A stretch of DNA of 64,000 nucleotides, taken from Prevotella sp. Its GTDB lineage: Bacteria > Bacteroidota > Bacteroidia > Bacteroidales > Bacteroidaceae. This document shows positions 20,429 through 28,009 of this stretch, one piece after another (position 1 is the stretch's first letter; every line of letters starts with the position of its first letter). The DNA lies in contig JAFTGB010000043.1 in NCBI GenBank assembly GCA_017458125.1, positions 1,275-65,274 of the forward strand. Reading direction: 5' to 3'. A model generated the notes under the pieces. That model saw nothing but the letters and a program-made list of their open reading frames with translations. It did not search any database and was not told the DNA's origin. The position numbers and the translations under genes were made by a program.

Positions 20429-21772
20429 ATGAAGAACAGACAATTATACCGCTTTATGCTCTTGGCAGCGCTTCCCGCACTGCTGTTCACCTCCTGCCGT
20501 TTCGAGGAGGACGACTACTTCGACGAGAGCGCGTCGCTGCGTGTCGAGCACACCAACGAGGCCGTGAAGGACATACTGGTCAACGCCCCGCAGGGCTGGG
20601 TGATGCAGTATTTCGCCAACACCGGCGACGAAGGCTTTGAAGGCTTCAACCTCTTTGCCAAGTTCGATGCCAACGGCAAGGTGACGCTCTCCAGCAACCA
20701 CCGTATGCTGCGCAACGGCAATGCCGGCAAGTACACCGAGAGCACCAGCGTGTACCAGATGCTCCTTGAGGACGGCCCCGTGCTGGCCTTCAACACATGG
20801 AACGACGTGCTCACCGTCTTCGTCGACCCCGTCGACCCCTCTGCCGCCCCCAACTCCCTCGTCAAGGACGGTGCCGGCATGGCCGGTGACCACAACTTCG
20901 TCATCGTGTCCTACTCGGATGACGAGGTCATCCTGCGCGGCGAGCGTCACGGTGCCGAGGTACGCCTGAAGAAAATCGACGTCACCCCGCAGGAGTACAT
21001 CGCCGCCACCGACGAGATGAAGAGCTACATCACCAACACCAGCATCACCAACTACTACCTGACCGACGGCACCGACACGCTCTACATGCTTAACCCCCGC
21101 AGCGGCCACTTCCGCATCGGCGAGCGCATCAACGACCCCCTGCGTGCCCACTGGGTAGCCTGCTGCTACACCCCCAACGGTTTCCGTTTGGAGCGTCAGG
21201 ACACCATCGGCACCGCCAAGTTCCAGGAGCTGAAACTCTCGGACGACAAGACCTGCCTGCAAAACGAGGACGGCACTGCCAAGGTCATTCCGTGCTGGGA
21301 CAGCTATGTGGTTGAACATACTGCGGTGTGGCCTTTGGATGCTACGGCATTCTCCACAGAACAGTCTTCTCTATTCGAACAGATTAATGTTGCCCTGAAG
21401 TCGTATAATACCGTGCTCTCTTTAGGAAAAGTCGGCATAGGAAAGTCTTCTGGTACTGGAGCTGTCACCGGTATAGTATTCACTATTTATACGAATGCCG
21501 CCAAGACGAGAACGAATACTGTAGGTTTGGCGATGAAGATGAGCAGGACTGCTTTTGGGAAGATGCAGATTGTAAGTTCACCAGAAGACAAGATGGACAA
21601 CCAGATGGCTGCTGTGCTCAAGAACATTCCCAGTATGGAAAATCTTGTTCGTGCTTTTGCTGCAACATTCACAGGAAACTATGACATTGTTCCTGATGAT
21701 TATTTCCTTCCGACTGTAGTTCAGTTAAATCCCACCGATGGAGGAACGCCGTTTACACTAAATGTTAAATAA
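20429..21772 (+). CDS. DUF4302-domain lipoprotein
   Basis: Lipobox FTSC; EEDDYFDESASLR, APQGWVMQYF, GPVLAFNTWN, F.DP, GDHNF; DUF4302 is the usual partner of the upstream peptidase. Confidence 0.8.
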   Translation: MKNRQLYRFMLLAALPALLFTSCRFEEDDYFDESASLRVEHTNEAVKDILVNAPQGWVMQYFANTGDEGFEGFNLFAKFDANGKVTLSSNHRMLRNGNAGKYTESTSVYQMLLEDGPVLAFNTWNDVLTVFVDPVDPSAAPNSLVKDGAGMAGDHNFVIVSYSDDEVILRGERHGAEVRLKKIDVTPQEYIAATDEMKSYITNTSITNYYLTDGTDTLYMLNPRSGHFRIGERINDPLRAHWVACCYTPNGFRLERQDTIGTAKFQELKLSDDKTCLQNEDGTAKVIPCWDSYVVEHTAVWPLDATAFSTEQSSLFEQINVALKSYNTVLSLGKVGIGKSSGTGAVTGIVFTIYTNAAKTRTNTVGLAMKMSRTAFGKMQIVSSPEDKMDNQMAAVLKNIPSMENLVRAFAATFTGNYDIVPDDYFLPTVVQLNPTDGGTPFTLNVK

Positions 21773-21825
21773 TAGAATGTAGAATTTATAATTTTAATTA
21801 CAATAACTTAACTAATTATTTTTGT

Positions 21826-23541
21826 ATGAAAAAGTATTTACTCATTGCCGTATCTGCAGTGTTTTGTCTTACTGCAAGTGCACAGAACGCGCTGAACGCG
21901 AAGTCGCTTAAAGTCAATCGGCTTAACGAAGCACCCAAAGCCGTACGGGTATCTGCCCGCCCTGTTCAGACTAAAGCAGATTTGCCCAGCAAGGCTTATG
22001 TTGTAAACTCCAGCAACCTGAAAGCAGAGCGTAAGGCTGCTGTAAAGCGTGCCGAGTCAACGCTTGAAGCTTATTATGAAAAACCTGTCGGCTCTCTTTA
22101 TTGGGGAATGGATGCTGATTGGGGCTCTTATAATGTGGTCATTCTTCAGACGCACGCTATCAATAGCAATGTGGTCTTCCCTAATTATAGTTCCTACGAC
22201 AAGACACAGCCTGTTGAGTTCCTTTGGACTCGTAGCGGAGCAACAACTGATGTGGAGATGGAACAGGACGAGGAAGGTAATGGCATTGGTATGCTTTGGG
22301 GATATTCTTATTATCCCAAACTGACTGCTACTCAGGGTACTGAGTCCAGTACGTACACATTTGAGACTCCGAATGCGAAAGCTTCTACCAAAAATGCCTA
22401 TTGGTATGCTGGCATGGATGAATTTAATTACCTCACCAATGCCTGCCCTGGTATAAATGTGTTTTCTGGTTTTACGGATGCAGGTGGCTATTCTACACAA
22501 ACAGAGTTTTACGGTGCAGACGGCAAAAAGGCTATTGGTCTTGCTTCCTATTTTGATGCTCCTAATGGTGTCATTTATACGGATACCATTTTGGTTAATG
22601 GTTGGTTTGAGGCTGAATATCCCGCAGGAACTACTATTTCTGATATTTTAGGCGACAATGACCTGTATGCTACTATCTACACATTTGATGAGAATGGAGA
22701 TATGGTTGAGTTTGCTAAGGCTATATGCAATAAGGAATACAGCACATTCGATGCAGAATATGCATCTGCTAGTCTGCAGTTTGTCTTTGAGGAAGAGGAT
22801 CCTCTTTTTGGTTCAGTAGCCAAGCCTATTGTGCTTCCTCAGGAAGACTTCATGGTTGTTGTTTCTGGCTTTGAGAACATATCAGCGCCTTTTACTTGTC
22901 CCATGACTGCTGTTGGTTCATTAGGTTATGCAGGTCATGCTTACGCTTTGCTCGAAGACGGCTCTTTTGCCACGATAGGTTATAGCAATTATCCCAGTGT
23001 TCCGCAGTGTGAGATATTCATCCAGTTCCATGCCATCGAGGCTGTTGCTGTTCCGGCAGAGTATAATGAGACTATTGTAACTCATGATATTGTAAAGATT
23101 CCTGCTGAAGGTGGATATGGTATTACTTACTCTAAAGCTGACGGCACAGAAGATTTTTATAATTATGAGGTATACACAGATTCTCCTATTGAAGAATGGA
23201 GCGATCCGGAGATGTCTGACGAGTCAATGTATGAATGGCTCAAGGTGACACATAATGATCAGTACATGGAAGAGGAAGGTGTAATGATTTTCAAATTCTC
23301 TGCCGATGCTCTTCCTGCTGGTGTCGAGGGTCGTGGAGGCTATGTGACGCTGAGTCTCTATGGCAATAAGTTGACTATTCCAGTTACTCAGGGTAATTTT
23401 GACATTACTGGTGTCAAGGGTGTGAAAGCTGATGTGACTAACAATCACAGCAATGTTATCTACAACCTGGCCGGCCAGCGTGTCAATGCCGACTTCAAGG
23501 GTCTTGTCATCAAGAACGGCAAGAAGATGATTCAGAAGTAA
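21826..23541 (+). CDS. Uncharacterised T9SS-secreted surface protein with a BACON-like domain and Prevotella-type CTD
   Basis: Signal peptide (ASAQ); WLKV..F.ADALPAGVEGRGG.V.L segment; CTD TGVKGV...IYNLAGQRV...KGLVIKNGKK. Confidence 0.8.
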   Translation: MKKYLLIAVSAVFCLTASAQNALNAKSLKVNRLNEAPKAVRVSARPVQTKADLPSKAYVVNSSNLKAERKAAVKRAESTLEAYYEKPVGSLYWGMDADWGSYNVVILQTHAINSNVVFPNYSSYDKTQPVEFLWTRSGATTDVEMEQDEEGNGIGMLWGYSYYPKLTATQGTESSTYTFETPNAKASTKNAYWYAGMDEFNYLTNACPGINVFSGFTDAGGYSTQTEFYGADGKKAIGLASYFDAPNGVIYTDTILVNGWFEAEYPAGTTISDILGDNDLYATIYTFDENGDMVEFAKAICNKEYSTFDAEYASASLQFVFEEEDPLFGSVAKPIVLPQEDFMVVVSGFENISAPFTCPMTAVGSLGYAGHAYALLEDGSFATIGYSNYPSVPQCEIFIQFHAIEAVAVPAEYNETIVTHDIVKIPAEGGYGITYSKADGTEDFYNYEVYTDSPIEEWSDPEMSDESMYEWLKVTHNDQYMEEEGVMIFKFSADALPAGVEGRGGYVTLSLYGNKLTIPVTQGNFDITGVKGVKADVTNNHSNVIYNLAGQRVNADFKGLVIKNGKKMIQK

Positions 23542-23566
23542 TCTCTGCAAAACATAACCTATAGTC

Positions 23567-23600
23567 ATCGGGAGGGCCGCGGCGGCCCTCCCGATTTTTT
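23567..23600 (+). terminator. Intrinsic terminator
   Basis: ATCGGGAGGGCCG-cgg-CGGCCCTCCCGAT followed by a T-run; duplicated at 24428-24461. Confidence 0.9.
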
Positions 23601-23610
23601 CATCCAAATG

Positions 23611-23642
23611 TTTGGATGTTAAGGAAATAATGTGTACTTTTG
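23611..23642 (+). promoter_or_regulatory. Promoter of the TA operon
   Basis: TTTG (23611-14), 20 nt, TACTTTTG (23635-42); the -33 box lies inside the palindrome CATCCAAA-TG-TTTGGATG. Confidence 0.7.
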
Positions 23643-23751
23643 CGGCGAGAAACCTACGGATTCAGTGGCAGAGGTAAGTCAGTAAGTTCAGTAAATGCTC
23701 TTTATCTGTCGAGTGAGTGGTAGAAATGTTGATTTTAAGAGTTTGGTAATT

Positions 23752-23886
23752 ATGGAAACAAAAGTGTTTAAAGGCAGACTTGAAGAAGTTGAGTGGTTGG
23801 ATGCCCAAAAGGGTTGGGGGCCGCTTTCTGAAGAAGACAAGGAGGCTATTGATGATGCTGTCAGAATGGTTACGAACCTCAATTGA
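23752..23886 (+). CDS. Putative antitoxin, 44 aa, acidic
   Basis: METKVFKGRLEEVEWLDAQKGWGPLSEEDKEAIDDAVRMVTNLN ends 3 nt before the PIN gene. Confidence 0.6.
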   Translation: METKVFKGRLEEVEWLDAQKGWGPLSEEDKEAIDDAVRMVTNLN

Positions 23887-23889
23887 ATT

Positions 23890-24309
23890 ATGCGTTATCT
23901 GATAGATACTCATATATTTGTTTGGTATGCTAAGGAAAGATCAAATCTTTCCAGTTACGTGCTGTCTCTTTTTGACGACTATTCCAATGAGTTTTTTGTT
24001 AGTAGCGAGACGCTGAGAGAACTCGTTTTGCTGTGGAATAAGAAGCCCCATATACGTAAGTGGTGGAAGTCGCCGCTTGAGTTGATTCGTTCTATTGAAG
24101 ACGAATATCACTTTCATGTTGATTATCTCCATAAAGAACATTACGAATCATACGCTAAATTGCTGATAAATGAAGCACAGGAGCATTTTGATCCTTCTGA
24201 CCATCTCATCATCAGCCATGCCATAACAAATCGTATGCCCTTAATTTCTGCAGACACTCGCTTTCCGTGGTATATAAAGCAGGGGTTAGAACTGATAGTT
24301 AACGAATAG
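23890..24309 (+). CDS. PIN-domain (VapC-type) toxin
   Basis: RYLIDTH, S..T..E, DP.D.LII.HA....LISAD..F acidic PIN motif set; 139 aa. Confidence 0.9.
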   Translation: MRYLIDTHIFVWYAKERSNLSSYVLSLFDDYSNEFFVSSETLRELVLLWNKKPHIRKWWKSPLELIRSIEDEYHFHVDYLHKEHYESYAKLLINEAQEHFDPSDHLIISHAITNRMPLISADTRFPWYIKQGLELIVNE

Positions 24310-24336
24310 ACTGAGGACAGCAAGGATATTTGTGGT

Positions 24337-24553
24337 CAGCGTGTCAATGCCGACTTCAAGGGTCTTGTCATCAAGAACGGCAAGAAGATGATTCAGAAGT
24401 AATCTCTGCAAAACATAACCTATAGTCATCGGGAGGGCCGCCGCGGCCCTCCCGATTTTTTCATCCAAATGTTTGGATGTTAAGGAAACAATGTGTACTT
24501 TTGCGGCGAGAAACCTACGGATTCAGTGGCAGAGGTAAGTCAGTAAGTTCAGT
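24337..24553 (+). repeat. 217-bp direct repeat, copy 2 (orphan CTD 3' end + terminator + promoter)
   Basis: 215/217 identical to 23476-23692; offset 861 bp. Confidence 0.97.
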
Positions 24554-24565
24554 GACTACATCTCA

Positions 24566-24661
24566 TCACTTAGTGCCTATTTTCTTCTCTTGGCGCTTTA
24601 AGAAAATAGTTCCAAGAATAGCAACTAATACCATTGAACCGGCAACAATAAGCGTATTCAT
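24566..24661 (-). CDS. Small single-TM peptide, 31 aa (not in the ORF track)
   Basis: MNTLIVAGSMVLVAILGTIFLKRQEKKIGTK; its ATG overlaps the upstream gene's TGA (ATGA coupling). Confidence 0.6.
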   Translation of the reverse strand: MNTLIVAGSMVLVAILGTIFLKRQEKKIGTK

Positions 24662-24861
24662 TTTTTCTGTTTGTTTTTGTTTTCTTCTAATTCTGCCTCA
24701 TTAATCCAATAAAGTCCAAAAATAAGGACAATAATAGAGAGGATTACCACCATATAGATGATAATGGGTTCTTGCATGTCAGAGAATATTGTTGACAGCA
24801 ATAATGCCGTCACCATATATTTGGCTATATCCATTAGCCATTTCCCAAACTCCTTTTTCAC
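24658..24861 (-). CDS. Small 2-TM membrane protein, DUF6722-like
   Basis: GTG start; MKKEFGKWLMDIAKYMVTALLLSTIFSD...; a minus-strand promoter TTTG-20nt-TATCTTTG ends 4 nt before the GTG. Confidence 0.7.
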   Translation of the reverse strand: MKKEFGKWLMDIAKYMVTALLLSTIFSDMQEPIIIYMVVILSIIVLIFGLYWINEAELEENKNKQKK

Positions 24862-24944
24862 AATGCAAAGATAAAACTTTTCTTTAGAACCACCAAATTT
24901 TTTCATCCAAATGTTTGGAGGATAGGGAAATAATGCGATTACCC

Positions 24945-25303
24945 GCCCCATGCGTACAAATTCACGTCCCGTTGGTGTTGGAAAATCCATCAACTGGGAC
25001 GAGGTGTACGATTGATGCAAAGGGGCACGTTGGCATGGTTACTAAAAGTTACTACGTTCGACAGCAAAATTCTGATGGTCAGGAATGAAATTTTGACCAT
25101 CAGAATTTTTATCATCAGCATCAGAATTTTATTCCGGAACGTCATGGGTGGAAGAGGCTGCTCGCGCGTGCGCGCGTATGGTTGTGAAACAAAAAAACAC
25201 CCCGCACCCACTGCACCCACCACACTTGACCTAAGTGTGGTGGGTGCAGTGGGTGCAGGGTAAAAAATTCTTTCACTATCTATTATACGCGCGCACGCGC
25301 GAG
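24945..25303. repeat. Cluster of long inverted repeats (REP/MITE-like or structured ncRNA)
   Basis: Imperfect hairpin 24945-25026; 16-bp IR 25066-81/25094-109; nested IR with a 19-bp outer stem (25161-79/25285-303) and a 24-bp inner stem (25204-27/25233-56). Confidence 0.8.
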
Positions 25304-25441
25304 AAAACTTTTCCGTATGTAACATCGGTGTTGGCTTTCCGATGAGACATACAGTTTTTGGGGCAAATGCTTGGTGTTTTGATATAAAATGCATAACTTT
25401 GCACCTTTGCAAGAAAACCATCATCGTTTTTTATTCAGAAT

Positions 25442-28003
25442 ATGAGAAGAATCTGTTTCCTCTTAGCAGCCCTGCTGCTTGTCGCAAGCCACATCGTGGC
25501 CATACCCGCCCATCCCGGTAAGGTGAAAGTTCAGCAGCCCGACGGCACGTCGGTGACCATCCGCCTTGTCGGCGACGAGTGGCTGCACTTCAATACCACC
25601 GACGACGGCTACAGCGTGGTCAAGGACAGCCGTGGCAGTTACGTCTATGCCGAGCGCAGGGAGGGCCGTCTGGTGCCTACCGCTGTGGTGGCTCACGACG
25701 TGGCCGACCGCTCGGCCCGCGAACTGTCGTACCTCAGGTCAGTCAGCAAGTACCTGACGCCCGAGATGCCGGAGAGCGTGCGCCAGATGAAGCAAATAGT
25801 TGAGCAGCGCGAGCAGCAGCGCCGCGCCTCGCGCCGTGCTGCGCAGTACGACTACTCCAAGTTCAAGGGGCTGATAGTGCTGATAGAGTACAAGGACCAG
25901 TCTTTCTCGCGCGACGACTACCCCGAGATACTGAACAGCATGGTCAACGACGAGGACTACACGGGTTACGACCGCGAGAGGTGTACGGGCAGTGTGCGCG
26001 ACTACTTCAGCGACAACTCCGGTGGCCGGTTCAAGCCCACGTTCGACGTGGCCGGTCCCTATCAGGTGGACTATAACTGCTTAGAGGGTGCTTCCGAGAG
26101 CAACAACATCCTGCTGAGTGCCTTGGACCAGGCCGATGCCGACGTCGACTTCAGCGACTATGACGGCGACAGCGACGGCTACGTCGACCTGGTGTTCTTC
26201 GTCGTCGCCGGCAACGGTGCCAACTACGACGGCAACGACAGCGGCCTGTGGTGGCCTCACCGTTCGGTCGTCTACAGCCGCAGCTGGAACCACGTCCGCA
26301 AGGATGGCGTCGTCATCCTCGACTACGCCAGCTCGACGGAGCTGAGGGGCTATACCGACTGGCCCAGCTCGATAGACATTGACGGCATCGGCACCATCTG
26401 CCACGAGTTCAGCCATGTGTTGGGCCTGCCCGACTTCTACGACACCGACTATAAGGAGTCGGGCGGCGAGAGCCTGCACCCCGGCGAGTGGTCGGTGATG
26501 GCCGGCGGCAGCTACATGAACAACTCGCGCACCCCTGTGGGCTACTCGCTCTACGAACGCTACTCCGTGGGCTTCTATGACGAGCCGGAGGTCATCAGCG
26601 CCGAGGGCAAGTACGAGCTGGAACCCTTGTACCTGAACGGCAAGGGCTACCGCATCGACACGCCCGTCAAGAACGAGTTCTTCCTTTTGGAGAACCGCCA
26701 ACAGAATGCCTTCAAGTGGGACGAATACCTGCCGGGCAGCGGCATGCTGGTGCACCGTGTGGACTTCACCAACCAGACCGTGTGGAACATGAGTGCCTAC
26801 AACGGCAACAAGGTGAATGCCGACCCGTCGCACAACTACTACGAGGTGGTAAGGGCCGGCGGCGCGTCGCATGCGGGCACTGGCTACGACGTGTTCCCCG
26901 GTACGGGCCGTGTCACCGACCTGCATAACACCACGTCGCCCGCCAACCTCAAGACGTGGTCGGGCGAGAGCACCAAGTGGGGACTGACCGGTATCTGGAT
27001 GAACGGCGACAACGTCACCTTCGACGTCAGCAATACCTACGTGCTGAGCAGCCTGAGTCTGCCCGAGACGGCCACTGTCGGCGTGGGCCTGACGGTCAGA
27101 CTGGAAGCCACGGCAGTGCCCGCCTATGCAGACTACACGCTGACGTGGGCGTCGAGCGACATCTACGTCGCCCGTGTCGACGAGGCAGGCAACGTGACGG
27201 GCATTAGGGCCGGTACTGCTGACATCACCGTCAAGAGCAACAACGGTCTGACGGCCACCTGCCGTGTCACCGTCGAGGAGATGACTGCCATCGACGTGGC
27301 TGAGTTCAAGCAGCAGGAGGTGGGCACCGACGTGCTGCTGCTGTTGCAGGATGCCGAGGTGCTGTATGTTAATAGCAATACGACAGCCCATACCACTTAT
27401 GTCCGCGACACAAAAGGCTGTTTGACATTTACTGATACGGGTTTAGCTCTGAAGAAGAATGACCGCATCAGCGGAATGTTGTATGTCAGAGTAGGGGAGG
27501 ATAACAATGTCCCTGTGGCAGAGGGCATTGATGGGTTGACCAATGGTTTAAGCCTTGTTATCACTGACGGGGCGGATGTTCAGCCCCGCGAGGTTACGCT
27601 CGAAAATCTGACGGAAGCAGATTATGCAGACTATGTGCTTGTGAAAGGCGTTCAGGTCGTCAAAGGCACTGATGGAGGCGCATGGGCTGTCAGTGGAGAC
27701 AAGCAAGTGCGTGTCTGGGCGGGTAAGTTCAATATCAAAAATGTGACGATAGACAAGGATTTTAACCAGAAATATTATGATATAGAGGCTATTTTTGGTA
27801 CAGATGTCTATAAAGGAACATTCTTTGAAGCCCTGCATCTGCTGAAAACTCCTGTCGAAGTCGACGCCCCCACGGGCATCAGCGAAGTGCGCACCGCCGC
27901 CGACGATGCCGCCGCCCCCGTCTACAACCTGCAAGGCCAGCGGCTCAGCGGCAGCTACAAGGGACTGGTCATCCGCAACGGTAAGAAATATGTAATCAAG
28001 TAA
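25442..28003 (+). CDS. M6-family (immune inhibitor A-like) metalloprotease with Ig-like domain and T9SS CTD
   Basis: IPAHP..QPDG..GDEWLH propeptide, GSVRDYFSDNS, ICHEFSHVLGLPDFY, WSVMAGG, EFFLLENRQ, Big2-like WASSD..VA.VD..G.VTG, CTD YNLQGQR..KGLVIRNGKK. Confidence 0.93.
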   Translation: MRRICFLLAALLLVASHIVAIPAHPGKVKVQQPDGTSVTIRLVGDEWLHFNTTDDGYSVVKDSRGSYVYAERREGRLVPTAVVAHDVADRSARELSYLRSVSKYLTPEMPESVRQMKQIVEQREQQRRASRRAAQYDYSKFKGLIVLIEYKDQSFSRDDYPEILNSMVNDEDYTGYDRERCTGSVRDYFSDNSGGRFKPTFDVAGPYQVDYNCLEGASESNNILLSALDQADADVDFSDYDGDSDGYVDLVFFVVAGNGANYDGNDSGLWWPHRSVVYSRSWNHVRKDGVVILDYASSTELRGYTDWPSSIDIDGIGTICHEFSHVLGLPDFYDTDYKESGGESLHPGEWSVMAGGSYMNNSRTPVGYSLYERYSVGFYDEPEVISAEGKYELEPLYLNGKGYRIDTPVKNEFFLLENRQQNAFKWDEYLPGSGMLVHRVDFTNQTVWNMSAYNGNKVNADPSHNYYEVVRAGGASHAGTGYDVFPGTGRVTDLHNTTSPANLKTWSGESTKWGLTGIWMNGDNVTFDVSNTYVLSSLSLPETATVGVGLTVRLEATAVPAYADYTLTWASSDIYVARVDEAGNVTGIRAGTADITVKSNNGLTATCRVTVEEMTAIDVAEFKQQEVGTDVLLLLQDAEVLYVNSNTTAHTTYVRDTKGCLTFTDTGLALKKNDRISGMLYVRVGEDNNVPVAEGIDGLTNGLSLVITDGADVQPREVTLENLTEADYADYVLVKGVQVVKGTDGGAWAVSGDKQVRVWAGKFNIKNVTIDKDFNQKYYDIEAIFGTDVYKGTFFEALHLLKTPVEVDAPTGISEVRTAADDAAAPVYNLQGQRLSGSYKGLVIRNGKKYVIK

Positions 28004-28009
28004 TAGGAT

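Larger units (their letters stand above)
23476..23692 (+). repeat. 217-bp direct repeat, copy 1 (CTD 3' end + terminator + promoter)
   Basis: Matches 24337-24553 with 2 mismatches (23581 G/24442 C; 23628 T/24489 C). Confidence 0.97.

Noticed and set aside
24307-24402. The PIN toxin TAG is followed in frame by TEDSKDICGQRV...KKMIQK, suggesting read-through fusion to a T9SS CTD
   Set aside because: The frame match has a 1-in-3 chance, the toxin has no signal peptide, the CTD is partial, and TAG is a normal stop elsewhere in the window.
23476-24553. Diversity-generating retroelement VR/TR pair (a repeat covering a gene 3' end plus a GC hairpin)
   Set aside because: The two mismatches are G/C and T/C in non-coding DNA, not adenine-specific changes in the coding part, and there is no reverse transcriptase in the window.
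24990-25424. ORFs 24990-25424 (-), 25012-25263 (+) and 24477-24704 (+)
   Set aside because: They are translations of palindromic or repeat DNA: the same PAPTAPTT/VGAVGAG peptide appears on both strands.
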